NCBI RefSeq assembly: GCF_009914755.1
Contig: NC_060936.1
Reading direction: 5' to 3' (one strand)
DNA from: the human T2T-CHM13v2.0 reference genome, Homo sapiens
DNA: 64,000 nt
Shown in pieces: positions 30,248 to 48,029 of the stretch (its first letter is position 1; every line of letters begins with the position of its first letter). A program made the position numbers and the translations under genes. The notes under the pieces were generated by a model that was given only the letters and a program-made list of their open reading frames with translations, did not search any database and was not told the DNA's origin.

Positions 30248-33200
30248 TTCTTTTTTTTTTACTTTAAGTTCTAGGATACATGTGCAGAACATGCAGATTT
30301 TTTCACATAGATATGTGTGCCATGGTGGTTTGCTGCACCCATCAACACCTCATCTACATTAGGTATTTCTCCTAATGCTATCCCTCCCCTAACCCCCACC
30401 CCCCAACAGGCCCTGGTGTGTGATGTTCCCCTTCCTGTGTCCATGTGTTCTCATCGTCCAGCTCCCACTTATGAGTGAGAACATGCAGTGTTTGGTTTTC
30501 TGTTCTTGTGTTAGTTTGCTGAGAATGATGGTTTCCAGCTTCACCCACGTCCCTGCAAAGGACATGAACTCATCCTTTTTGATGGCTGCATAGTATTCCA
30601 TGGTGTATATGTGCCAAATTTTCTTTATCCAGTCTATCATTGATGGGCATTTGGGTTGGTTCCAAGTCTTTGCTATTGTGAACAGTGCTGCAATAAACAT
30701 ACGGGTGCATGTGTCTTTATAGTAGAACGATTTATAATCTCTTGGGTATATACCCATTAATGGGATTGCTGGGTCAAATGGTATTTCTGGATCTAGATCC
30801 TTAAGGAATCACCACGTTGTTGTCTGCAATGGTTGAACTAATTTACACTCCCACCAACAGTGTAAAAGCATTCCTATTTCTCCACATCCTCTCCAGCATC
30901 TGTTGTTTCCTTTTTAATTATTGCCATTCTAACTGGCATGAGATGCTATGGCCTTGTCATTTTGAGTTGCATTTCTCTAATCACTAGTGATGATGACCTT
31001 TTTTTCATGTTTGTTGGCCACGTAAATGTCTTCTTTTGAGAAGTGTCTGTTCATATCCTTTGCCCACTTTTTGATAGGGTTGTTTGTTTTTTTCTTGTAC
31101 ATTTGTTTAAGTTCCTTGTAGATTCTGGATATTAGCCCTTTGTCAGAGGGATAGATTGCAAAATTTTTCTCCCATTCTGTAGGTTGCCTGTTTACTCTGA
31201 TGATAGTTTCTTTTGCTGTGCAGAAGCTCTTAAGTTTAATTAGATCCCATTTGTCTATTTTGGCTTTTGCTGCCATTGCTTTTGGTGTTTTAGTCATGAA
31301 GTCTTTGCCCATGCCTATGTCCTGAATGGTATCGCCTAGGTTTTCTTCTAGGATTTTTATGGTTTTAGATCTTACGTGTAAGTCTTTAATCCATCTTGAG
31401 TTAATTTTTTTATAAGGTGTAAGGAAGGGATCCAGTTTCAGTTTTCTGCATATGGCTAACCAGTTTTCCCACCACCATTTATTAAATAGGGAATCCTTCC
31501 CCATTTCTTGTTTTCGTCAGGTTTGTCAAGGATCAGATGGTTGTAGATGTGTGGCATTATTTCTGAGGCCTCTGTTCTGTTCCATTGGTCTATATCTGTT
31601 TTGGTACCAGTACCTTGCTGTTCTGGTTACTGTAGCCTTGTAGTATAGTGTGAAGACAGGTAGTGTGATGCCTACAGCTTTGTTCTTTTTGCTTAAGATT
31701 GTCTTAGCTATACGAGCTTTTTTTTTGTTGGTTTCATATGAACTTTAAAGTAGTTTTTTCTAATTCTGTGAAGAAAGTCAATGGTAGCTTGATAGGGATG
31801 GCATTGAATCTATAAATTACCTTGGGCAGTATGGTTATTTTCACGATATTGATTCTTCCTATCCATGAGCATGGAATGTTTTTCCATTTGTTTGTGTCCT
31901 CTCTTATTTCTTTTAGCAGCGGTTTGTAGTTCTCCTTGAAGAAGTCCTTCACATCCCTTGTAAGTTGTGTTCCTAGGTGTTTTATTCTCTTTGCAGCAAT
32001 TGTGAATGGGAGTTCACTCATGATTTGGCTCTCTGTTTGCCTATTATTGGTGTGTAGGAATGTTTGTGATTTTTGCACATTGATTTTGTATCCTGCAACT
32101 TTGTTGAAGTTGCTTATCAGCTTAAGAAGATTTTGGGCTGAGATGATGGGGTTTTCTAAATATACAATCAGGTCATCTGCAAGCAGAAGCAATTTTATTT
32201 TCTCTCTTCCTATTTAAATACCATTTATTTCTTTCTCTTGCCTGATTGCCCTGGCCAGAATTTCCAATACTGTATTGAATAGGAGTGGTGAGAGAGGGCA
32301 TCCTTGTCTTGTGCAAGTTTTCAAAGGGAATGCTTCCAGCTTTTGCCCATTCAGTATGATATTGGCTGTGGGTTTGTCATAAATAGGTCTTACTGTTCTG
32401 AGATACATTCCTTCAATACATAGTTTATTGAGAGTTTTTAGCATGAAAGGGTATTGAATTTTATTGAAGGCCTTTTCTGCATCTATTGAGATAATTATGT
32501 GGTTTTTGTCATTGGTTCTGTTTATTTGATGGATCATGTTTATTGATGTACATATGTTGAACCAGCCCTGCATCCCAGGGATGAAGCTGACTTGATCGTG
32601 GTGGATAAGCTTTTTGATGTGCTGCTGGATTCGGTTTGCCAGATTTTATTGAGGATTTTCACATTGATGTTCATCAGGGATATTGGCCTGAAATTTTCTT
32701 TTTTTGTTGTGTCTCTGCCAGGTTTTGATATCAGGATGATGCTGGTCTCATAAAATGAGTTAGGGAGGAGTCCCTCTTTTTCTATTATTTGGAATACTTT
32801 CAGAAGGAATGGTACCAGCTCCTCTTTGCACGTCTGGTAGAATTCAGCTGTGAATCTGTCTGGTCCTGGGCTTTTTTTGGTTGGTAGGCTATTAATTCCT
32901 GCCTCAATTTCAGAACTTTTTATTGGTCTATTCAGGGATTCATCTTCTTCCTGGTTTAGTCTTGGGAGGGTATTTGTGTCCAGGAATTTATCCATTTCTT
33001 CTAGATTTTCTAGTTTATTTGTGTAGAAGTGTTTATAGTATTCTCTGATGGTAGTTTGTATTTCTGTGGGATCAGTGATGATATCCCCTTTATCATTTTT
33101 TATTGTGTCTATTTGATTCTTCTCTCCTTTCTTCTTCATTAGCTGGCTAGTGGTCTATTTTGTTAATCTTTTCAAAAAACCAGCTCCTGGATTCATTGAT

Positions 33201-36200
33201 TTTTTTGAAGGGTTTTTTTGTGTCTCTATCTCCTTCAGTTCTGCTCTGATCTTAGTTATTTCTTGTCTTCTGCTAGCTTTTGAATTTTTTTGCTCTTGCT
33301 TCTCTGGTTCTTTTAATTGTGATGTTAGGGTGTCAATTTTAGATCTTTCCTGCTTTCTCTTGTGGGCATTTAGTGCTATCAGTTTCCCTCTAAACACTGC
33401 TTTAGCTGTGTCCCAGGGATTCTGGTACGTTGTGTCATCATTCTCATTGGTTTCAAAGAACTCATTTATTTCTACCTTAATTTTGTTATTTACCTAGTAG
33501 TCATTCAGGAGCAGGTTGTTTAGTTTCCATGTAGTTGTGTGGTTTTGAGTGAGTTTCCTAATCCTGAGTTGTAATTTTATTGCACTGTGGTCTGGGAGAC
33601 TGTTTGTTATGATTTCCATTCTTCTGCATTTGCTGCGGAGTGTTTTACTTCTAATTAAGTGCTCAATTTTAGGATAAGTGTGATGTAATGCTGAGAAGAA
33701 TGTATATTCTGTTGATTTGGGGTGGAGAGTTCTGTAGATGTCTATTACGTCTGCTTGGTCCAGAGCTGAGTTCAAGTCCTGAATATTCTTGTTAATTTTC
33801 TGTCTTGTTGATCTAGTATTGACAGTGGGGTGTTAAAGTCTCCCACTATTATTGTGTGGGAGTCTAACTCGCTTTGTAGGTCTCTAAGAACTTACTTTGT
33901 GAATCTGGGTGCTCCTGTATTTGGTGCATATATATATAGTTAGGATAGTTAGCTCTTCATGTTGCATTGATCCCTTTACCATCATGTAATGCCCTTCTTT
34001 ATCTTTTTTTAATCTTTTTTGGTTTAAAGTCTGTTTTATCAGAGACGAAGGTTGCAACCCTTGCTTTTTTCCTTTCAATTTGCTTGGTAAATATTCCTCC
34101 ATCCCTTTATTTTGAGCCTATGTGTGTCTTTGCACGTGAAATGGGTCTCCTAAATACAGCACACTGATGGGTCTTGACTCTTCATCCAATTTGCCAGTCT
34201 ATGTCTTTTAATTGGGGCATTTAGCCTGTTTACATTTACGGTTAATATTGTTATGTGTGAATTTGATCCTGTCATTATGATGCTAGCTGGTTATTTTGGC
34301 TGTTAGTTGATGCAGTTTCTTCATACTGTCAATGGTCTTTACAATTTGGTATGTTTTTGAAGTGGCTGGTACTGGTTTTTCCTTTCCATATTTAGTGGTT
34401 CCTTCAGGAGCTCTTGTAAGGCAGGCCTGGTAGTGACAAAATCTCTCAGCATGTGCTTGTCTGTAAAGGATTTTATTTCTCCTTTGCTTATGAGGCTTAG
34501 TTTGGCTGGATATGAAATTCTGGGTTGTTTTTCCTTAAGAATGTTGAATATTGCCCCCCACTCTCTTCTGGCTTGTAGGGTTTCTGCAGAGAGATCCGCT
34601 GTTTGTCTGATGGGCTTCCCTTTGTGGGTAACCCAACCTTTCTCTCTGGCTGCCCTTAACATTTTTTCCTTCATTTCAACCTTGGTTCAATCTGATGATT
34701 ATGTGTCTTGGGGTTGCTCTTCTCAAGGAGTATCTTTGTGGTGTTCTCTGTATTTCCTGAATTTGAATGTTGGCCTGTCTTTCTAGGTCGGGCAAGTTCT
34801 CCTGGATAATACCTTGAAGAGTGTTTTCTAACTTGGTTCCATTCTCCCTGTCACTTTCAGGTACACTAATCAAATGTAGGTTTGGTATTTTCACGTAGTC
34901 CCATATTTCTTGGAGGCTTTGCTCATTCCTTTTCATTCTTTTTTCTCTAATCTTGTATTCACACTTTATTTCATTATGTTCATCTTCAATCTCTGATATC
35001 CTTTCTTCCGCTTGATCAGTTCAGCTATTGATACTTGTGTATGTTTCACGAAGTTCTCTTGTGTGTTTTTCAGCTCCATTAAGTCATTTATGTTCTCTAA
35101 ACTGGTTATTCTAGTTAGCCATTCGTCTAACCTTTTTTCAAGGTTCTTAGCTTCCTTGCATTTTGTTGGAACATGCTCCTTTAGCTCGGAGGAGTTTGTT
35201 ATTACCCACCTTCTGAAGCCTACTTCTGTCGATTCGTCAAACTCATTCTCTGTCCGTCCAGTTTTGTTCCCTTGCTGGTGAGGAATTGTGATCCTTTGGA
35301 GGAAAAGAGACGTTCTGGATTTTGGAATTTTCAGCCTTTTTGTGCTGTTTTTTCCTCATCTTCGTGGATTTATCTACCTTTGGTATTTGATGTTGGTGAC
35401 CTGCAGATGGGGTTTCTTTGTGGACATCCTTTTTGTTGATGTTGATGCTTTTGCTTTCTGTTTGTTAGTTTTCCTTTTAACAGTCAGGCCCCTCAGCTGC
35501 AGTCTGCTGAAGTTTGGTGGAGGTCCACTCCAGACCCTGTTTGCCTGGGTATCACCAGTGGAGGCTGCAGGACAGCAAAGAATGCTGCCTGTTCCTTTCT
35601 CTGGAAGCTTCATCCCAGAGGGGCACCACCAGATGCCAGCTGCAGCTCTCCTGTATGAGGTGTCTGTTGACCCCTGCTGGGAGGTGTCTCCCAGTCAGGA
35701 GGCACAGGGGTCAGGGACCCATTTGAGGAGGCAGTCTGTCTCTTAGCAGAGCCCGAGCGCTGTGCTGGAAGATCCACTGCTCTCTTCAGAGCTGGCAGGC
35801 AGGAACGTTTAAGTCTGCTGAAGCTGTGTGACAGCTGCCCCTTCCCCCAGGTGCTCTGTCCCAGGGAGATGGGAGTTTTATCTATAAGCCCCTGACTGGA
35901 GCTGCTGCCTTTCTTTCAGAGATGCCCTGCCCAGAAAGGAGGAATCTAGAGAGGCAGTCTGGCTACAGAGGCTTTGCTGAACTGTGGTGGGCTCCGCCCA
36001 GTTGGAACTTTCCAGCAGCTTTGTTTACACTGTGAGGGGAAAACCACCTACTCAAGCCTCAGTAATGGTGGACGCCCCTCCTCCCACCAAGCTGGAGTGT
36101 CCCAGCTCAACTTCAGACTGCTGTGCTGGCAGCGAGAATTTCAAGCCAGTGGATCTTAGCTTGCTGGGCTCTGTGGGGCCGGGATCTGCTAAGCTAGACC

Positions 36201-36700
36201 ATTTGGCTCCCTGGCTTCAGCCCCCTTTCCAGGGAAGTGAACAGTTCTGTCTCACTGGCGTTCCAGGCACCACTGGGGTATGATAAAAAAAAACTCCTGT
36301 AGCTAAGCTTGGTGTCTGCCCAAACGGCTGCCCAGTTTTGTGCTTGAAACCCAGGGCCCTGGTGGCATAGGCACCCGAGGGAATCTCCTGGTTTGCACGT
36401 TGCGAAGACCATGGGAAAAGCATAGTATATGGGCCGAAGTGCACCATCCCTCACGGCATGGTCCCTCATGGCTTCCCTTGGCTGGGGAGGGAGTTCCCCC
36501 ACCCCTTGAGCTTCCCTGGTGAGGTGACGCCCCACCCTTCTTTGGCTTGCCCTCTGTAGGCCGCACCCACCGTCTAACTAGTCTCAATGAAATGAACCAG
36601 GAACTTCACTTGGAAATGCAGAAATCATCCCCCTTCTGTATTGATCTTGCTGGGAGCTGCAGACCGGAGCTGTTCCTATTTGGCCATCTTGCCAGCCACC
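30248..36700 (-). mobile_element. Full-length, retrotransposition-dead L1 (L1PA7-like)
   Basis: 5' end ggtggctggcaagatggccaaataggaacagctcc at 36700; ORF1 (about 35359-34339) and ORF2 (about 34275-30450) broken into many frameshifted pieces in the ORF track (EN, RT, C-terminal); 3' UTR and A-tail. Confidence 0.95.
36065..36283 (+). other. L1 antisense ORF0-like open frame (72 aa)
   Basis: gtaATGg start; MVDAPPPTKLECPSSTSDCCA resembles the recalled L1HS ORF0 N-terminus MAGAPPPASLPPCSLISDCCA at the expected 5' UTR position. Confidence 0.55.
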
Positions 36701-38069
36701 AAGCTACTTATTTTACACAGTGGGCAGATTAGCAAAAATAATGGCCTGAAAACGAAACTCTTGGTCATGAATATGGAGTGTGTAATTGGTGATGGTCTGT
36801 GATGGTTGGTGGCACTGAGTCATAGAGTCCATTCCTTATGGCTAATTAACTTATTTAGCCAGATATGGCTCCCTTTATCTTTGTCATTTTAGAAGTAGGG
36901 CACTGGTGACCATAGTGTGACTGGCTAAGGGCAATTTGCTACTGTCCATAGGAAAAAAATAACTTAAATCCCATTTATTAGATATGTAAAATGAATATAT
37001 CAGCCTTTATATATCAGCAATGATGAGACTTGCAAAAAACATAAGATGGGAAAGAGAATAATCATCACAGATAATTTACCTTCCTTCCATATTGTGAAAC
37101 ATCAATAGTGAAATCTCAAATTGGTCACATACACATACAATTAATGTTTGAAACACTTTGCATCTTTGTGGAAAAAGTTTTATCTTCAGATCCTTTGTTG
37201 CTGATTACACAACAAAACTAAAGAAAATAAGTCTTTGAGTCCCTGTTGTGGTAACTTCTCAGCTAAGATTCAGTTCGTTAAACAATGTTTCCTTTATGAT
37301 GAACTAAGGCAATTAATTCCGTGACATCGAGAGGCTTGTTTTAGCAATTCAGGATAAGGCAATGTCAGCAGGGAAAGGAAGCATGTGAAAATTACCTTTA
37401 GTATTTTATGATTCTATGTTCAGCACAACAAAGGGAAACTAGTGTAATGATTGATGTAGCTCAGTGATTCCCAAACTTGGTTAATTATGTATCTCATTTG
37501 TCGGCACTTACTAGAAATACCGATACAAGCTCTTTCACTGGAGAATTTGATCCAGGTGAATCCTGTTAATACTTAAGATAATCTGATATAAATGATATGT
37601 AGTTACTGAAGAACAAATTAAACATAAAGTACAGGATACATCCCCTTGGCTATTGCTTCTTATGCCAAATAGCTAAGATTAGAAGACTGCATCTAACTTT
37701 GAATAATGAGTCAATAAGGGAATTATCATAGTACTATAAATCACAGACCTCCAAAGAATGTGTTACAAAATAAATGATAAAAGATATATTGGAAGACAAC
37801 TATAAAAATTGATAAATAAACGTTGGGATAAAGTCCAGACATCCAATTATTTAAATAAAGATATATTTAAAAAATTAATATAGCTGTTTCACTTAATGGA
37901 AACTTCTCTGGAGCCTATATACAAAAGTAAGGAAGTGCATGACTCTGGCAAACGTGAAACAGGATTGTCAAAGCAGGGCCAGGTATTGTCTCTAAATTGG
38001 GATTGATTTCCATCTATTGACCAGTCCCGGTTGCTGCTCAGTGGAACGGTAAGTGAAAAAATAATCACC

Positions 38070-41727
<3,658 letters not shown>

Positions 41728-41865
41728 TCACATGTCTGCGCGAACAAAAGAAGCAAATACTCCATTTTCCTGAGCCAAGAGGCTTTCTGGAGTGTCATAT
41801 TCTAAAATATTTCCTCGCTTCATCACAATAACCAGGTCTGCCGTCAGAATAGTGTGTACTCGATG
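41728..41865 (-). CDS. ABCC9: SUR2B-specific terminal exon 38B
   Basis: tcacag| acceptor; [45 protein letters not shown]. Confidence 0.98.
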   Translation of the reverse strand, partial: HRVHTILTADLVIVMKRGNILEYDTPESLLAQENGVFASFVRADM

Positions 41866-42739
41866 CTGTGAGTGAAAAGAAAACATGTATTTGTTACACA
41901 TTTCAGGGCACACGCCAAAACAATGGAATATGTATATTTCATGAATTATTCTGGGACATTTGTTTATCTTGGTGAGTGACAAGATGTAGGGATCACAGAC
42001 ACCTCCCCTTTTTTCCTTATTTAAATTATCATTTATTTACATATTTTTAAGCAATGGCCAATATGGCTGGGTTTTCTATGGGCTGTACTAACTTGAGTGT
42101 AGCTAATATATCAGCGTCATCATTTTCATGAAACCTTAAGTTTAAGTAGGGTAAAATTGTTTATCGAGTAATTAAATTAAGAGAGGCCATTGTAAACCAG
42201 TTGGGTTATACTTTAATGTCAACAATAATTATCTCTTGTGTACAGTCACTAATTATTTGGGCTATAACACAATTCGAAGAACCCTGGAAAGTGGTTTAGT
42301 TCCGGGATGACAATATGGGGAAGTCCATTCTGGCATGCAGTAATAGAATGGATTACCCAGGCCTTTAGACATGCAGTCTCAGTCTTTGGAGATCACTGCC
42401 ACTGACCCATTCCTTCTTTCCACGCGATGCCCTTTGGATTAATTAGTAACTAACAATGATAAAAGCTACCACTTTCTGAGCATATGCCATATATTAAGTT
42501 CTCCACACACATTCTTGTGAATCATTAGACCATTCCTCAGCTGTGGGTGTTATGTCTCTCCACTTTATAGGGGAGACCATTCACAGAGATAAAGCAAAAT
42601 CAGGAGGTCACATAGATAGTAAGTAGCAGAACCAGTATCAAAATTAGGTTTACTAATTTCAAAATGTGAGCTATTTCCATCCTGTCATCTAACTGTTTCA
42701 TAAGGCTCTCTGATACCTTAGAGGAGCATTCACCTGCCA

Positions 42740-42990
42740 TGTCAGTGTTATGGTTAAGAGAACAGGCTCTGAAGATAAACTGGGCTTGTGTATTTTGGCT
42801 TTACCACCTGTTAGTAGTGCAATCTTGAGCAATATACTTAACATTGTATAGTTCCAGTTTCACATCTGTAAAATTATGGTATAGTACCTGCCTCAGAGAA
42901 GGGTGATGAGGTTCAAATGAGATAATCCATATCAAAAATTCAGCACTTTGTCTGACATATACAAACAAATAATAAATGTCAACTACTATT
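42740..42990. mobile_element. MIR SINE
   Basis: ggttaagagaacaggctct...cagtttcacatctgtaaaat...aaatgagataat. Confidence 0.7.
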
Positions 42991-43053
42991 ATTTTTTATG
43001 TTTATAAATTAGAAAGGAAAGATCTGTGTGATGGGCTTTTACTCTTGCTAAGA

Positions 43054-43360
43054 TCAGTATTGTTCAATAGAAGTATAATGGGAGCCACAAGTAATTTTAA
43101 ATTTTCTAGGAGCTACATTTTCAAAGTAGAAATAAACAAATGAAAGCAACTTTAATACATTTTAACCCAATCTATTCAGATGTTATCATTTCAATATGTA
43201 ACCAATATAAAAATGATTCATGATAACTTTTACATGCTTCTATTAGTATTAAGTCTTTGAAATCCAGTACAGATTTTACACTTATGGCACTTCTCAATTC
43301 GAACTATCAACATTTCAAATAATAGCCACATGTGGCCAGGGGCTACCATACGGAACCTGA
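43054..43360. mobile_element. MER33 (hAT-Charlie MITE)
   Basis: cagtattgttcaatagaagtataatgggagccaca...aatagccacatgtggccaggggctacca. Confidence 0.7.
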
Positions 43361-43712
43361 ACTATGCAGGTCAAAATATTAGTGTGCTGATGGGAGTCCC
43401 TGTCCAGAGTTCTAAACCTAAAAATGCCATCTGTTTAGCTGATACACAGTCTTCCAAAGTGCTTCTCTGAACATTCCAAAGTCCTACCTAAAACCATCCC
43501 CAGAGTTGAGGGCCTACATTCTGCCCTGGGCCATGTAGATAGGGTGGGCTCAGTGTTTATGCTTTCAGAAAAGCCAGCAGTTATAGTTGTGACTCATGAC
43601 GTGAGGGGAAAAGAAACATATATGAAATGTGATAATGATGCCAGCTTAGAACATGTGCCAGTTTTCAATACCCATGACAAGCCTATCATTCGCTGAATAT
43701 TGGTAACAAATT

Positions 43713-43780
43713 ATGTATTAGGTTGGTGCAAAAGTAATCATGTCAAAGACCACGATTACTTTTGCACCAACCTAATACAT
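43713..43780. mobile_element. MADE1 (Hsmar1-derived MITE), internally shortened palindrome
   Basis: ttaggttggtgcaaaagtaat terminal repeat on both arms, TA flanks. Confidence 0.9.
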
Positions 43781-44059
43781 TGATGAATTAACAAGATTTT
43801 GGAGCCTAATGTTTATTTATCTTTGAGAAAGGACCAGAGCCATTTGCACACCCATGCATTTAGAAAAAGAAACTTAACAAGCTATCCAATAATATCTGCT
43901 GTGCATTTTCCTTCCAGAAAAATATTAGCTGTTCAATAGCCATATCATGGATGTCTAAAAAAAGAATTTGGCCTCTAAACCCATAAATATAATCTTATAA
44001 ACATTGCATTGATATTCTAAAATAATATTTACTAGAAAAAAATAAAAATAAAAACATTA

Positions 44060-44409
<350 letters not shown>

Positions 44410-45857
44410 TTAATCCAAATAACTTTTCCTTGACAAAGTGTGGTGTCAATTGTAATTGTGTTGATAAAATTTTCAAAATATTCCAGAGAAATTAATCGTG
44501 TAATCACTTTCAGAAATAAATACCATGGACTATTTTGGTGTGTGAGTGCTTCCTTTCAGAAGCTGGAGAAAATTATCTTGTTAAGGCATTCCACAATTTT
44601 AGTGGCAGCTAACCAAAGTAATAAGCTCTTAGGCAGGAAAGGAAAAACAGTTAATTTTAAGAGTTTAAGTTAATTCTATAAGGAGTCTACCACAAGCATG
44701 GTGGTGCTCTCCCTTTTATGGGCCTGTTATGAGGAGTTGGTCCTCTAAAAAATCTTACAGTGATTCTTCCATGACAGCTTCATGTATATTAGGGGCGGGT
44801 GGGAGCAGGGAATTCTAGGTATCCTAGTGGCCACGTTCACATGAGTGGTTTTGAAATGAAGAATGAGTGAAAGAAATATAAGTCTATAGAAAAGTATTCA
44901 GTGAATGTAGAAGAGAAATTAGGTAAGAGGTAACCTAATTAGGAAACCTAACATTTTGTTAAAAATACAAATTATGCTCAAGTAATCTTCCAGATACAGA
45001 CTAAATAGAACCATCCAACAACGCCATGCTTCATGCAGAGTAGGGAAAATTCTTCTTTTGAATAGGCAATGGTCTGTTTTCTCTCCCTCTCTCCACCCAT
45101 TTTGGGGCAACAGGGAGTTCTCTCTCTTCCAAAATATCTCCCTACCTTTTCCAGCAAGAAAATTCTTGAAAATACTGAATAATTCTTTTTCAAGTTAACC
45201 AATTCTCCTACCCCTTAAATCATTCACACCTTAATATGAATTGAGTTAATTGGGTGACTCTCCTCTGGGAAAGAGGAACCACAGAGTTCACTGGAAAAAT
45301 TCGAGAAAGTAGATTTTTCTTTACTTAGGCAGTTTGCAGGAAGTAGGCCCTGATGGGACATCATTTCCTGCCATCTTGAAAAAAGCTGCACTCCAAAGGG
45401 TTCTGTTTCTCCCATGCATCATCCAAGAAAGTGGAAGCATAGCAAGCACTCCATACACAACTCACATTACTCACCAGTGAAACTCAAGTAACTATGTAAA
45501 TGAAACAATGCATTCTCCAGGGCAGGTAAGAAATGTGTATGGCATTTTTATGGATGCTTACAAAACATCCCTAAGGACTAGTGAAATTGGTCCTTAGAAT
45601 AAGAGGTAAATTCAGTTAATAGGTTTCATAAATACTCTCTTTTGCATGTATATATTTGAAAACACATGCATGAGCTCCATTCGGTAGTGAGCATGACAAA
45701 AGCACTTGGTTGAGCTGATTTTGTAATAACACCCTGCAGTTAGTTCCCTCATCTCAGCCCTTCCCTTTATTCACAGCATTAGCCATGCCTTACTGAGAGG
45801 ATACTGCTAAGATAACTACCGGAGAATGACAGACTTGGTGCAATAGATCATGATGGT

Positions 45858-46151
<294 letters not shown>

Positions 46152-46681
46152 CTATAACGTGAATTACAAATATTTAAGCACTTCTTCTATTTGATTGGTG
46201 CTATCTAAAATAGAAAAAATTACCTGACCCTACTGTGAGATATCTCATTGTCTATTTTTTAGTAGATTAATGAATGGAAACATAGAAATTAGGTATAGAT
46301 AGTAGCAGAATAAGCAATCAAATTTAGGAATTTTCTTCCTGAAACTGCTCATCAGACCATCAGATTATAGAAAAGAGAATTATTTTATATGAACTACCAT
46401 TTTATCTGGTGAACAAGCAGAGGCCATGACCTGCTGGAATCCTTAGATTTAGGATGTCCTATCATTCTAACTTAGGGAAGTCAGTTAGGTAGAGCAGACA
46501 GTTTGGAAAAGAACAATGCTTTCAAAACATCTTCGTATTTTTTTTCTTTTTTGCACAGATACAGAAACATTAGCAGAGAAATACATAATTCAACACAAGT
46601 ATATTTTGCTAAAACCTAAAGATGATAACATGTTAGAACAAAAACCAAAGAGGTATACCAACTCCGTCTTCTCATACTTAC

Positions 46682-46744
46682 AGCTATTGTCACCACGGTC
46701 CGGTCTGCAAAGGCTGTCATTACTACTTTTTGCAAAATATTCTC
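46682..46744 (-). CDS. ABCC9: SUR2 exon 37 (63 nt)
   Basis: T12-gcag| ENILQKVVMTAFADRTVVTIA |gtaagt. Confidence 0.97.
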
Positions 46745-48029
46745 CTGCAAAAAAAAAAAAGTGTAAATTTTCTCGGGATTACTTTGTCATCATAATATTT
46801 TGCCCCAAGAACAATCAATATTCCACTGAATCCCTTGTGAGCATTCTCAATCCCTCATTTTCTGTGGAAGTCATAAGAAGGGGCAGTCCCCAGCAGCAGG
46901 TTCATGCTGGATTCTGTACGTGTCTTTAAAACACAAATGAAAGTCAGTCAGTGATCAGCCAGAAGTGGGTGATAGATTTATTTCCAGGAAATGCAAAGAA
47001 GAAAATGAAATTAAATGGGTATCAAAGTGCTCACTTGAGTTATACCACAAAAAGTATGTATTTGAAACCAGCAAAATTCTGTAATGATGTTAACCTTTGA
47101 GTCAAAAAAGGGAAAAACTAAAATTGATGCCAAAAATTTGGACTTTGACACATAAATGGACATTCTAGGCAGCAACTGTTTTTATCTCCACCACAAAGCA
47201 CTGTTATAATTATATTTTAAAGGCTGTTCTGGGTACAGATTCCATCTCTGTCCTAGAGGAAATCTTGGTTCAATTTTTAAAGTGAAGGAGTTCTTTCTTT
47301 CAATCATTTAATTCATATTCTCTCTCTCTTCTCTGTTGAGGCAGTATTACCGTTATAATAACCCTCAATGTGTCCTTTCTGAAGTCAAATTTTAATATCA
47401 AGTTAACTTTCAGAAGAATATTAATTGCTAGCTCATATGCAGTTTGTGATTTAATGAAACATTTTCCCTACTCAATCACAGCCTTCTGGACAGATCTTTC
47501 TTGGACACATTTGACAATTTCAAATAATATCTTTCAAAAGGCAAAATTTATGGCTTTTTACCATAAACACATAGAGAAGACTGTTATTAATTCTAGCCAT
47601 TGTTAATCCCAGTGAATCATTCTTCTTCAAATTGCTTTGGGAAATAATGAGTGGTGTTGGTTAGTAATAGATTCTATTAAACAGAGATTTTCGTACTGCA
47701 TTTCAGAACTTTTCTGGCGTAGTACTTGAATATAGTACAGTACCTCTCATCAACTAAGCCCTGGAAATTTACTGTTCTGAAAATTTTTCAAAAAGTTGTG
47801 GCAAATTTATTTTATGTTGATTGGTGATAGGAATGCCTTTCAACCATATGTTGGGCCCTATTTATTGTAATTCTCAATGTGCTATCATCAGTTCATCCAG
47901 TAGATGATTGAGCAGATTCTCAAAACAATAGTACTGAGGATTCAGAACCCAATCAGGAAATAATAAATTGTAATTTTCATGCACATTTCTCCAATTCGTC
48001 AATTTTAAAAGCTTAGATAATGCACTCAC

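Noticed and set aside
30389-35359. Possible active L1
   Set aside because: ORF1 and ORF2 are fragmented, and the RT catalytic motif region reads LLADD with frameshifts around it
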